Shown in pieces: positions 8,141 through 17,376 of a DNA stretch of 64,000 nucleotides. How positions within the stretch are numbered: the stretch's first letter is position 1; every line of letters starts with the position of its first letter. The notes beneath the pieces were generated by a model. It had not been told where the DNA came from, did no database searches, and saw nothing but the letters and a program-made list of their open reading frames with translations. The DNA is taken from IMG/VR virus record IMGVR_UViG_3300010389_000008; one strand, given 5' to 3'. The translations under genes and the position numbers were made by a program. The DNA is from a virus.

Positions 8141-8319
8141 AACCCGATCTCTTCCTCTTTATCTCCTTCTTCCTGGAGGCTCTGAAGCCCAATGCAACTG
8201 CGCTATTCGATTCGGCAATCGATATTGCTGATGCAGCTGTTTCAGCAAGTACTCGCGTGCAGGTTCGGGCAACCGAAAGTGCGGATTGGATAGAGACGCC
8301 TAAAGTGTCAATTAGATGA
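8137..8319 (+). CDS. Hypothetical protein
   Basis: ATGA overlap. Confidence 0.45.
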   Translation: MKPDLFLFISFFLEALKPNATALFDSAIDIADAAVSASTRVQVRATESADWIETPKVSIR

Positions 8320-8329
8320 CACTTACACA

Positions 8330-8491
8330 ATGCGTGTCTATTCAGTAGAGGACATCAATAACATTTGGAGTTGCGAGCGGATCATCGAGCTACTTGATGA
8401 AACCCGCTTTGTCGATGCCAAGGCTCTTGCCCACGAATGGGGTTACTCGATGGACGATGGGGAGGACCAGATTCCTCCCCAATGGTCTTAA
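8330..8491 (+). CDS. Small hypothetical protein
   Basis: Own translation MRVYSVEDINNIWSCERIIELL... (53 aa). Confidence 0.55.
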   Translation: MRVYSVEDINNIWSCERIIELLDETRFVDAKALAHEWGYSMDDGEDQIPPQWS

Positions 8492-8576
8492 GTATCGCCT
8501 GACGGGCGTCCCCCGGCGCAAACATAGAGTAACAGTTAAGATCTGATCCGGAAGGGCCAGGTTTTACCTGCCGAAT

Positions 8577-8608
8577 ACCGGAATGGGGTTCACCTGTTCC
8601 GGTTTTTT
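8577..8608 (+). terminator. Terminator closing the early region
   Basis: ACCGGAA...TTCCGGT followed by a T run. Confidence 0.7.
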
Positions 8609-8660
8609 CGTGTCTGTGATGGTCTATCTCTGTGTAAGACTAGATAAATGATTTGGTCTT

Positions 8661-8804
8661 ATGAAAGCGATTGAATCGACCTTTAATCGTCTTCTTCGGC
8701 ACTTCGGCTTTGTCTTAATTCGAGTCCCAAGGCAGGCAGAACGGCCCCTTAAGTGCTCGCCTTTCAAGCGCGTTGAGGTGTACGACAACGACTGGTATGA
8801 CTGA
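8661..8804 (+). CDS. Small hypothetical protein
   Basis: Own translation MKAIESTFNRLLRHFG... (47 aa). Confidence 0.45.
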   Translation: MKAIESTFNRLLRHFGFVLIRVPRQAERPLKCSPFKRVEVYDNDWYD

Positions 8805-8812
8805 ATAGTTGC

Positions 8813-9007
8813 TTAATAGTCTTCTCTATTCACCCCGGTATATTGAGGATCGCTGATGGATAATTGATGTTCGCTCCTGCACTGATGATTAAGCTCACCG
8901 AGCCCTCTGGAGAGTTGTATGAAATTAAAGCAATCAGTGATGAAGAAGTTCTTCGAGCGAACCGCAATTTCATTAAGCGGGATCAGCCCTTCCGGGTTTG
9001 CCGCCAT
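8813..9007 (-). CDS. Hypothetical protein
   Basis: Only sizeable ORF in this gap. Confidence 0.45.
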   Translation of the reverse strand: MAANPEGLIPLNEIAVRSKNFFITDCFNFIQLSRGLGELNHQCRSEHQLSISDPQYTGVNREDY

Positions 9008-9072
9008 GGTGAGTACAGCTTTTCTCAGCTCGCGGCGTAAGGCGCTTAGATAGGGCTAGTACCCCGTCCGTT

Positions 9073-9477
9073 ATGGAGTACGTCACCGATTGCGCTGTTC
9101 CCCTGTCGCTAATCCCGACTGAGTACAGGCACCCCCTGGCTCGACAGTTCGAGGAGATTAGTGATGATGGAGACCTTGTCCGTAGTTATGACGAATGGGG
9201 CCTTGCCTCTGTTCTGACATATGCTTACACCCGTAAGGTCGCGACCAAGTCTGAATACGGGCAAATAGAAGAAGTAATCGGCATATGCCTAGAGGAATCT
9301 CGGCACTCCCGAACTGAGAACAAGGAATTGTTCCGGATGATTAAACGTGGGATTAAGTCCGGCAATGAAGAGGCGGTTCTGCCTTTTGCCAAAGTCCTCA
9401 CCTCTCGGATCGGTTGCGCTCTTGCTGAACAGCACGAGGGCATGAACCCTGAAGAGGATGACGATGAGTCAGATTGA
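9073..9477 (+). CDS. Hypothetical protein
   Basis: 134-aa ORF heading the packaging operon. Confidence 0.8.
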   Translation: MEYVTDCAVPLSLIPTEYRHPLARQFEEISDDGDLVRSYDEWGLASVLTYAYTRKVATKSEYGQIEEVIGICLEESRHSRTENKELFRMIKRGIKSGNEEAVLPFAKVLTSRIGCALAEQHEGMNPEEDDDESD

Positions 9478-9676
9478 ATCCAGCGTCAATGATCAACTGC
9501 GTTTCGCAAACCTTGTTCGCGGTCTAGACAAACTCGATCACGAAGCCCTGCTTAAAATAACTATCGAACTAGCACGTTTGGCTTTTGTGACCCAGCCCGC
9601 AGCGATGCGATGGGCTGCCATGGAAGCGGCCAAGAACCTAGGGAATAGTTATGGATCGGCCCAAGGAATTAAGTGA
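9458..9676 (+). CDS. Hypothetical protein
   Basis: Overlapping operon ORF. Confidence 0.7.
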   Translation: MTMSQIESSVNDQLRFANLVRGLDKLDHEALLKITIELARLAFVTQPAAMRWAAMEAAKNLGNSYGSAQGIK

Positions 9677-10079
9677 GCGTCAGGTACTAGCAGCGCAGGC
9701 TCTTGCAGCTGGTTTCACTTGGCGGGACGCAGCTAAACGGGCTAAGTGCTCGACCGAGGGGATTAGGGCTTGGAAACAGCTCGAAGAGTTCAATAACGCG
9801 ATCTGGGATTATCAGCAGGAGATCTTTCACCGCTCCTTTGGGGTGACTTCCGAGGCTCTACCTGAAGCAATCCAAAAACTACGTGAGATTATCGATTCTC
9901 AAGACCCAGAGGTGGGTGTGAACGTTAAAGTTCAAGCAATCAAGATTTTGATCGACTCTGCTCACAAACAATACGAAGCCAGAACGATCGAGCGTCGCCT
10001 AGAGCAGCTGGAAGCTAATGCCCAACGCCAAGCTCTTAACCCGGTTGGAGAGGTTAGAGAAATTACAGAAGCAGCGTGA
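9651..10079 (+). CDS. terS: Terminase small subunit
   Basis: N-terminal HTH (LSERQVLAAQALAAG...AAKRAKCS); directly upstream of terL. Confidence 0.7.
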   Translation: MDRPKELSERQVLAAQALAAGFTWRDAAKRAKCSTEGIRAWKQLEEFNNAIWDYQQEIFHRSFGVTSEALPEAIQKLREIIDSQDPEVGVNVKVQAIKILIDSAHKQYEARTIERRLEQLEANAQRQALNPVGEVREITEAA

Positions 10080-11430
10080 ACAAGACGCCGCTGACCAACG
10101 TCTAACCAGCACTGGTGTTGGCTTCGATCCGAAGTTTCCAACGGCTAAACAGTGGAAAGACTTCGCTCCACTGACCTGGATTCGTACCTCAGGAAGCGTC
10201 AAACCCTTCCACCCGTTCGACATCCAAAAGCAACTGATCGATTCCATCTGTGAAAGCCAGTACACGATCGTTCTCAAGAGCAGACAAGTCGGAGCATCCG
10301 AAACCGTTTGCTCTTACTTGCTGTGCCGAGCCCTAACGGAGCCGGGTTTCGCAGCTGTTGTCTTCTCCAAGACAGCTACTGACTCTGGCGCTCTTGGTAA
10401 ACGCATCAGAGCCCAGGCCGCATCAATCGAGAACTCCGACATTGAGTTCACCACCGAGTCCAACAGCGAACTCTCGTTCAAAGGCCTCGGAACCATCTAC
10501 TTCCTTCCCGCTACCCCCAGAGCTGCACGTGGTATCCCTTCTGTTTCCGTGGTGGTGCTCGACGAGGCCGCTTTTCTCGACGGCGCCGAAGAGATCTACA
10601 CGGCGGCTCAGCCGACTATGGCGACGCTTGGGGATAAAGCGAAGCTGATCCTCCTGTCCACCCCTAACGGGATGGGCAACATGTTTGCCAACCTCTGGCA
10701 TGGAGAGGATGACGGGTGGAATCGGTTCCGGATCCACTATTCCGATATCCCTATCTATGCCGCTGATCCACACTGGGCTGAGAAAACAAAGGCTAAAGCC
10801 AAGCTGACGGAGCGTTCCTGGAGACAGGAATATGAGATGGACTTTGTCGCTTCTGACGCCCAGGTCTTCCCTCCCGAGCTAGTAGATCGCGCCTGCAACG
10901 GAAACCTGATCGAATCAGGCCTGATCAACCGCGACTACATCATGGCTGTCGACCCTGCTGGGGGCGGTGATGACTATTGGTGCTCCGTAGTTCTCGATAT
11001 CACCACTACTCCCTATCAGGTCGTCAATATTTTCCGTGTCAGGTACAAGTCTTCGGACTGGTGCATTCAGCAGATCATTGAGCAGGCAGAAAACTTCAGC
11101 CCTAACAAGGTGATCGTTGAGAAGAACGGTGTGGGTGCTGTGGTGTCTGAGATTCTCTCCAAAGCACTGGCCAAGTACATGGTCGAGCCCTACAACACCA
11201 ATCGTCCTAATAAGATTTCCAATACAGATCGGATCACCTATTTCCTTGAACGTGAGGAGTTGAAGCTCCCCAGGGATCCTTTCTATTCGGAAATGCTGAT
11301 GTTCCGTCAACTAACTACCGGAGATCGCTGTGCTGGAGATGGTGCTCACGATGACTCGGTGATGGCACTTGCTCTCGGACTCTCTGCAGTTGCTACAACT
11401 CCAACAACGGATTGGCTGGATCTGATTTGA
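10018..11430 (+). CDS. terL: Terminase large subunit
   Basis: Walker A KSRQVGAS, Walker B VVVLDEAAF, LLSTP, nuclease AVDPAG and HDDSVMALAL. Confidence 0.96.
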   Translation: MPNAKLLTRLERLEKLQKQREQDAADQRLTSTGVGFDPKFPTAKQWKDFAPLTWIRTSGSVKPFHPFDIQKQLIDSICESQYTIVLKSRQVGASETVCSYLLCRALTEPGFAAVVFSKTATDSGALGKRIRAQAASIENSDIEFTTESNSELSFKGLGTIYFLPATPRAARGIPSVSVVVLDEAAFLDGAEEIYTAAQPTMATLGDKAKLILLSTPNGMGNMFANLWHGEDDGWNRFRIHYSDIPIYAADPHWAEKTKAKAKLTERSWRQEYEMDFVASDAQVFPPELVDRACNGNLIESGLINRDYIMAVDPAGGGDDYWCSVVLDITTTPYQVVNIFRVRYKSSDWCIQQIIEQAENFSPNKVIVEKNGVGAVVSEILSKALAKYMVEPYNTNRPNKISNTDRITYFLEREELKLPRDPFYSEMLMFRQLTTGDRCAGDGAHDDSVMALALGLSAVATTPTTDWLDLI

Positions 11431-11456
11431 GCTTCTCAAAAACATACCGCGAGCGG

Positions 11457-11636
11457 ATGCGGATGAGTCTTGAGGATTCACTCTCTGAGTACCTCGAAGA
11501 AGAGGAGGGTGCATTCCTCTTCCGTGACCATCTCCTGGAGATCATCGAGGATTTACGGCAGTACCACCAGCAAAAGGTGGATCATTTGCAGTGGCTTTCC
11601 ATTCTTCTGACGGAGCATGGAAAAGTTCGACAGTAG
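11457..11636 (+). CDS. Hypothetical protein
   Basis: In frame with track ORF 11412..11636. Confidence 0.6.
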   Translation: MRMSLEDSLSEYLEEEEGAFLFRDHLLEIIEDLRQYHQQKVDHLQWLSILLTEHGKVRQ

Positions 11637-11739
11637 AAGGCTGCGTCTGATTTTGATCAACACCGTCTTTGACGGACTGATCTTCATTACCAATCTCTTT
11701 ATTGTTGCTGGAGTTGTTCGGCATTGGAACGACGCCTAA
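11617..11739 (+). CDS. Small membrane protein
   Basis: Own translation MEKFDSRR...TNLFIVAGVVRHWNDA; GGAG upstream. Confidence 0.55.
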   Translation: MEKFDSRRLRLILINTVFDGLIFITNLFIVAGVVRHWNDA

Positions 11740-11896
11740 CGAAGCAGCTGATTGAGGAGTGGACCCAGGAATGGCTGCGTGGCGAGTCTGAGTACGCCAA
11801 TCTCCACTCCTTTTTGCTAACCAAATCCCTTGGTTACCTACCTCTAGATGAAGATCAAGAACGGTAGATTAGAGTTAATGAGTTAAGGCCGAAAGT

Positions 11897-13693
11897 TTGT
11901 CGGAAACTCCAGAAGTCAGAATGGATTCTGAGATCCGTAATGATGGTGTTCTTGTGAATGCCATCACAGGCCTTGGCACTAAGAAGGATAAGAGTGAGTA
12001 TTACAACCTCCGTAGTCCTCGTCTCCTTTCGGAGCAGGAGTTAGAGGCTCTGTACTACGACCCTTTGTGTCGTCGCCTCGTCGACATCTACGCCGAATCG
12101 GCTGTCACTGAGCAGCCCACCATCAAACTCGGCGAAGAGACTGAGGAATATGAAGGCATTATTAAGTCCTTCGAGAACTATCTGGAGCAAATTGACTTCT
12201 ACTTCTACATCGAAGAAACGCTCAAGTTACAGCGAATCTATGGAGGAGCTGCACTCTTTCTGGTCCTCGATGATGGCCTGGAGCCTAGTGAGCCTGTACG
12301 GCCTGACCTTGTTAGGGGTATTGCTGACCTCGTCCCCCTCTCGCGGCGTGAGATTGTCCCCAACGACTACAACTACCTCAATTACAGGAACCCCGAGACT
12401 TACCGCATCTCCACTAGTAAATCCGTAAGGCGGGAAAACGATCTCAATTACCTTCTCGTACACAGCAGCCGCGTTCTCCGTTTTGACGGCCTGTTCTTGC
12501 CTTGGAGGCAAAGACTGATCAACGAAGGCTGGGGCATGTCGTACCTGCAGCCCTTCTTTGAGGTGTGGAAGCGCTACCGGGGGGCAACGGATGGCATGGC
12601 CACGATGCTCAACGAGATGGACCTTTTTGTCCACAAGATTCCTGGTTTGGCGAGCAAAGTTACTGCCGGTAAGGAGTCTGCGCTGAAGGCCCGCCTGGAG
12701 GCCAATGCACTTGCTAGATCTTTGTATGGCGGGATGGCGCTGGACACGGAGGAAGAAGTCTCCTTCGCCTCACGCTCCCTCGGCGGTGCCCAAGACATCT
12801 TCGATCGCCTCGTAGATGACCTTGTCGCGGCAGCCGACATGCCGAAGACCTTGTTATTTGGAACGTCTCCTGCTGGTGGTCTTTCAGAGTCCGGCAAATA
12901 CGAGGACAAGTCCTGGGCAGCGTCAGTGGAGCGCTACCAGACACATTCATTGCGCCGTGCCCTGAACCAGTTCTTCCAGCTGGTGCTCTCGATGCCTCAA
13001 GGCCCGACTCAGGGCACAGTGCCGGAAGAGTGGAGTGTTTATTTCCCTCCATACTTCTCTGAGTCAGACAGCGACAAGGCAGCCCTGCGGAAACAGGTCG
13101 CTGACACTGACAAGGTTTACGTCGACATGGGAGTGATTACTCCCCTGGAAGTTCGGAAGGCTCGTTTCTCCGGTACTGAATACAGCATTGAAACTGTTCT
13201 TCAGGAGGAGGAAGATGAGCGTCTCCAGCTCAAAGCTCAACTAGAGCAGGAGGCGTTAATTCAGGGTTACATCGGCCAGCAAGCTGCACTGGAGCAGTCC
13301 CAGCTGGCCCCCGAACAGCTACCTCCACAACAACCTGAAGAGCAAATCGCCCAGGACGCCGAGGACATCGTTCACATGAACGGCATTCCTCTTGCGCTAG
13401 GTAAGTCGAATGGTGCTTACCGAGTAGGCCAGATCCTTCACGTCGATGGTCAACGGAACGATGCTGAACAGGTCGTAATCGTCGGAAACCGTTTTAACGA
13501 CAGGAAGATCTATCGCAGTCATTATGTCGAAGATGGCATTATGAAGGCAGGACCATTACTGCTGGGCTTTTACTCCTCGCGCTCAGCCAATAAGGCCATC
13601 AGAGCTTTTGCTGATGGAAAGGAGATCGGTGGTATTGAACAACTTCAAGACGCCGATATTGAGCATCTGAAAACTTCTTTTGAGTACCCGTGA
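11897..13693 (+). CDS. Portal protein (DUF1073/HI1409-like) with C-terminal extension
   Basis: Follows terL; QRIYGGA, VHSSRVLRF, WGMSYLQ, AAADMPKTLLFGTSPAG. Confidence 0.9.
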   Translation: MSETPEVRMDSEIRNDGVLVNAITGLGTKKDKSEYYNLRSPRLLSEQELEALYYDPLCRRLVDIYAESAVTEQPTIKLGEETEEYEGIIKSFENYLEQIDFYFYIEETLKLQRIYGGAALFLVLDDGLEPSEPVRPDLVRGIADLVPLSRREIVPNDYNYLNYRNPETYRISTSKSVRRENDLNYLLVHSSRVLRFDGLFLPWRQRLINEGWGMSYLQPFFEVWKRYRGATDGMATMLNEMDLFVHKIPGLASKVTAGKESALKARLEANALARSLYGGMALDTEEEVSFASRSLGGAQDIFDRLVDDLVAAADMPKTLLFGTSPAGGLSESGKYEDKSWAASVERYQTHSLRRALNQFFQLVLSMPQGPTQGTVPEEWSVYFPPYFSESDSDKAALRKQVADTDKVYVDMGVITPLEVRKARFSGTEYSIETVLQEEEDERLQLKAQLEQEALIQGYIGQQAALEQSQLAPEQLPPQQPEEQIAQDAEDIVHMNGIPLALGKSNGAYRVGQILHVDGQRNDAEQVVIVGNRFNDRKIYRSHYVEDGIMKAGPLLLGFYSSRSANKAIRAFADGKEIGGIEQLQDADIEHLKTSFEYP

Positions 13694-15360
13694 CGAAGCG
13701 CACCGAAGCTAAAGAGCTGTTTCTAGCCGCTCTCCGGGGTGACGAGAAGGCCCAGCGCACTTGTACGGCAAATGGAAAGCCGTGTGGTGGCCGCTGCATT
13801 CCCAAGCATTGGAACTGCCGGATCAAAGGGGAGGGTGAAACGCCACCTACACGCGGCAACGCCGTTCAACTCTCTCCAGAACAGAAGGAGCGGGCTCTAG
13901 CTCGCCGTCGTAATCGTCGAATCCGTCGTGCTGCTGGTGTTGCGGCTGCGGTGGCCGGTGTGGGAGCTGCTATCGGTGGTGCTGCCTACTTGGGGGCCAA
14001 GAACCCAGCTAAAGCACGCCGCATGGCAAACAAGCTGGCTGGGGGTGGTGCATCTGAAGCCCTGGGTGTTGTTTCTGCTATTGGCGGTCCCGCTGCTGCC
14101 GGTGTTGCTGGTGTCGCCAACCTGGGAGTTGCAGGCTTCCAGACCGGAGCGAAGCTCGGAGCCGGTATTGCCCAACGCCGCCGCGCTGTAGGCCTCTACA
14201 AGAGCCTGATCAAACGCCGAGCTGTGTTGTCTCGCCGCGTGGCCCAACTTGAGAAGGGCACTGGTTATTACCAAGGTTTTGTGACCCGAGCCCAGGCAAA
14301 CCTGGATGCCAAGTGGAAGGTAAGAGACGCGGCAAAGTTAAGCGCTGGCCGGGCAGGACAGCTTCAGCGTGGTTACAAGCTGGGTGAAAATCCCCGCTCA
14401 ATCGCCCAGACCGATAAGATCCGCCGTCAAAACATGCGGTCTTCCAGCAGAGGCCTGAGGGAAGCCAACAAACGTCTACGCGATGCCGAGAAAAATCTGA
14501 ATGCACATTTACAGCAGCTTGAGGCAGCCAAGAAGTCACTCAACAGCGTGACGTGGAAGGCCTCGAAGCTGCGTAAAGGGTTGACCACTGCCAGCAATCC
14601 CATCCGTAACGTGGTGGAATCCAGCGTCAGTGGATCGAAAGCCGGTTTCCGTGCAGGTCGTCGCCAGGTTTCTGGCTTTATCCGCAATACGGGCCGTCGT
14701 GGTCCCAAACCTGACTCTCGCAGCTGGCAAGAGCGTTTTGGTTTGGACGAATCCGAGCGCACTGATAAGAAGTGCGGCAACTCCGGTATCCCTGATAACG
14801 CCAAATGCTCAAAGAAGGGCACCGCTCGCAAGATCGCCAAGGCTGCAGCAGGAGCTGCTCTGATTGCAGGTGGTGCGGCTGCTCTGAAAAACCGTCGCAA
14901 AGTTGCATCTCGGTTTCGTCAGCGTGGGCTGACTAGCTACCAGAAGCAAGCATTGGAGCGGATGAAGGCCAAAGGGACTGGTAAGTACGGGACGCGGGCT
15001 GGGCGCAGCTTCACTTCCAACGAGATGCCTTATTACACCGAAGCTGATCGTCCCCGTCCGCTTTACGACAAGCGGCTTTTCAAGAAAGACCTGGAATACA
15101 GGGGTGAGGAATTCGCGGGTTACAACAAGCCCAAGCGCACTCCTGATCACCCAAAAAAGTCACACGCCGTCCTGGCTAAGGAGGGCGGCACTGTCAAGCT
15201 GATCCGCTTCGGACAGCAGGGAGTGAAGGGCAGTCCAAAGAAAGAGGGCGAGTCCAAGGCCTACGCAGCAAGACGACGCGCGTTTAAGGCTCGTCATGCC
15301 AGCAACATCAAGAAGGGAAAGATGAGCGCTGCCTACTGGGCTAATCGCTCTAAATGGTGA
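13690..15360 (+). CDS. Large basic modular head-associated protein (C-terminus DUF6321-like)
   Basis: Lys/Arg-rich, two Cys-pair modules; ends YNKPKRTP...IRFGQQG...FKARH...SAAYWA. Confidence 0.8.
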   Translation: MTKRTEAKELFLAALRGDEKAQRTCTANGKPCGGRCIPKHWNCRIKGEGETPPTRGNAVQLSPEQKERALARRRNRRIRRAAGVAAAVAGVGAAIGGAAYLGAKNPAKARRMANKLAGGGASEALGVVSAIGGPAAAGVAGVANLGVAGFQTGAKLGAGIAQRRRAVGLYKSLIKRRAVLSRRVAQLEKGTGYYQGFVTRAQANLDAKWKVRDAAKLSAGRAGQLQRGYKLGENPRSIAQTDKIRRQNMRSSSRGLREANKRLRDAEKNLNAHLQQLEAAKKSLNSVTWKASKLRKGLTTASNPIRNVVESSVSGSKAGFRAGRRQVSGFIRNTGRRGPKPDSRSWQERFGLDESERTDKKCGNSGIPDNAKCSKKGTARKIAKAAAGAALIAGGAAALKNRRKVASRFRQRGLTSYQKQALERMKAKGTGKYGTRAGRSFTSNEMPYYTEADRPRPLYDKRLFKKDLEYRGEEFAGYNKPKRTPDHPKKSHAVLAKEGGTVKLIRFGQQGVKGSPKKEGESKAYAARRRAFKARHASNIKKGKMSAAYWANRSKW

Positions 15361-15509
15361 TGGACAAGTATCAAGCCAAGATCCTCAAGTGCTACCAGCA
15401 GGCCGATGCTTGCCTCACTCGTAAACAAGCTAAAAAGCTAATTAAGAAGGCCGACAAGGCCCACCGTAAACACGAACAGAGACGGGAAGACAGTGGAAGA
15501 TCTGATTGA
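15360..15509 (+). CDS. Small basic protein
   Basis: TGATG overlap; MDKYQAKILKC... (49 aa). Confidence 0.55.
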   Translation: MDKYQAKILKCYQQADACLTRKQAKKLIKKADKAHRKHEQRREDSGRSD

Positions 15510-16353
15510 GGCCTATAACGCTGCCCTAAAGACTGAAGAACAGCAGACCATCGACATAGTCAATAAGGCTCTGGATAAGGGTTTCAATCGTCTTCTTCGT
15601 CGTACCTACTCTCAGTTACGAAGCGGTCAATTTCAGACTGCAGAGAGAAATGCTCGGACTTTGGAGCTGATCCCTCCTTTGCTTCCGGATCGATCTGACG
15701 AATACTCACTTGCGTTTCGACGCCTGATATCTCGCTCAACAACTTTTGGGCTAGATCTAGCTGCACAGCTATCATCGTCTGTAACAAGCTCTCAAGTCGC
15801 TGTAACTGTCCCAATAGAAGCAGTGACAGCAGCAGCGAGGACAGCGAGAGGATACCTAGAACGACATGGACAAACATTTTCGACTACGGCTGCAGAAGTA
15901 TTAGCGCAAGGCATTGCAGAAGGACGCCCCACAGACGAGATAACGAAAGATCTGAAGCGACGCCTCAGTGTGACGAAGTCTCGGGCTGAGGTCATTGTAA
16001 GAACAGAGTCGCTCAGGGCTCATAATGAGGCCTCTCGTAATTACTACACCCAGAATGGAATTGATCTGGTGATGTATTTCGCGACTTCAGATGATCGCTC
16101 TTGTCCTTACTGCACTGCCCATGCTGGTAATGTCTTCAAAAGAAATGCAATTTCTGTACCCCGTCATCCACGCTGCCGTTGCTATCTCGCTCCTTATTCT
16201 GACTCTGTATTTGACATAGATCCCGAATACGATCAGATGAGAAAAGCTCATCGTAAAGAAGTCCTTAGCTACGCTAGATCTAAAGGCGTGGATTTAAGTT
16301 ATGGTCCTGCCTCGTTTGAATCACTAGCACCTACTCCGACGAGGGAGACATGA
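15493..16353 (+). CDS. Head morphogenesis protein (Mu gpF / SPP1 gp7 family)
   Basis: RAEVIVRTES, DDRSCPYC, PRHPRCRC. Confidence 0.9.
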   Translation: MEDLIEAYNAALKTEEQQTIDIVNKALDKGFNRLLRRTYSQLRSGQFQTAERNARTLELIPPLLPDRSDEYSLAFRRLISRSTTFGLDLAAQLSSSVTSSQVAVTVPIEAVTAAARTARGYLERHGQTFSTTAAEVLAQGIAEGRPTDEITKDLKRRLSVTKSRAEVIVRTESLRAHNEASRNYYTQNGIDLVMYFATSDDRSCPYCTAHAGNVFKRNAISVPRHPRCRCYLAPYSDSVFDIDPEYDQMRKAHRKEVLSYARSKGVDLSYGPASFESLAPTPTRET

Positions 16354-16685
16354 AAAAGAAGCCCGGCTTATACGCCAACATTAATGCCAAGCGTAAGCGT
16401 GGTGAGCCTATGCGTAAGCCCGGTGAAGAGGGCGCACCTTCCGCACAGGACTTCAAGGATGCAGCTAAGACTGCGAAGGGCAAGAAGGGTAAGAAAGACG
16501 GCTACAAGATGATGGATAAAGAAGGCTGCAAGGAATGTGGCGGCGGTAAGAAGCCTTGCCGCTGTGGCAAAGCGGACCTGGGTCGTAAAGGTCCATATGC
16601 CGATGGTTGTGGATACAACAAGGACTCTGTTGCTGAGGAGTTCAACGCCATTTTGATTAACGACGGAGATTCAGCATGCAGCTGA
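16350..16685 (+). CDS. Small basic cyanophage-type protein
   Basis: KPGLYANINAKRKR...MRKPG...GAPS; CKEC...CRC. Confidence 0.75.
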   Translation: MKKKPGLYANINAKRKRGEPMRKPGEEGAPSAQDFKDAAKTAKGKKGKKDGYKMMDKEGCKECGGGKKPCRCGKADLGRKGPYADGCGYNKDSVAEEFNAILINDGDSACS

Positions 16686-17257
16686 GCGCACCACGCAATG
16701 ACAAAAAGTGCGGTGCCTCGGGTATCCCAGACACCGCTAAATGCACTAAGGGCTCTGCTCTAGCTAAGGCGGGTAAAGCCGCACTCGGGGCTGGAGCAGT
16801 TGCCGGTGCTGCTTATGCCCTGAAGAAGGGTGGTGGACGAAAGCTTGGGAACTTCGCTCAACGCAAGATTGGTGAGGGCGGGAAGTTCAAGATGTCCGGC
16901 AAGTTCCTGAACAAGATGAAGCCGATGTCAAAGACTGAACGACTGAACGTAACCGCTAAGAAAGCCAATAAGTCTGCTGAGCAGGCGATCAAGCGAGCCA
17001 AGGAAGCAGAAATCAACCGCGCTATGGCAGTTGGTGAGGCTATGTATAAGAGCGGACAAGCCACCCGTGCATCACTGAATAGTGGAGTGCGTCGCCATCG
17101 CCTGACCGTAGAGAAAGCACGTCGTAAGTACGAGCCTGGTTATCCACGCCGTCGTCGTGATTTGGGCTCTTTCTATAAGGACGCCCAGAAGCAAACGGTC
17201 GAAGTCCGTGACCGTCTGTCCAAAATCATGGACAACTATAAGCAGCGCACTCTGTGA
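16676..17257 (+). CDS. Basic head-associated protein, paralog of the module in 13690..15360
   Basis: RNDKKCGASGIPDTAKC versus RTDKKCGNSGIPDNAKC. Confidence 0.8.
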   Translation: MQLSAPRNDKKCGASGIPDTAKCTKGSALAKAGKAALGAGAVAGAAYALKKGGGRKLGNFAQRKIGEGGKFKMSGKFLNKMKPMSKTERLNVTAKKANKSAEQAIKRAKEAEINRAMAVGEAMYKSGQATRASLNSGVRRHRLTVEKARRKYEPGYPRRRRDLGSFYKDAQKQTVEVRDRLSKIMDNYKQRTL

Positions 17258-17337
17258 TGCAACCCGTCATCGTGTTTGGTGTGACGTGGATGCTGGGTAT
17301 CCTGGCACTCACGATTTACATGACCCAAATCATGTGA
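17257..17337 (+). CDS. 26-aa membrane peptide
   Basis: TGATG overlap; MQPVIVFGVTWMLGILALTIYMTQIM. Confidence 0.45.
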   Translation: MQPVIVFGVTWMLGILALTIYMTQIM

Positions 17338-17376
17338 CTCGAATATCTGCTACATAGGTGCAACTGATTCAGTAAT

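Noticed and set aside
11897-13693. Anti-CBASS Acb1 label sometimes given to this portal family
   Set aside because: No paired HxT/S 2H-phosphoesterase motifs seen; position and motifs indicate a portal
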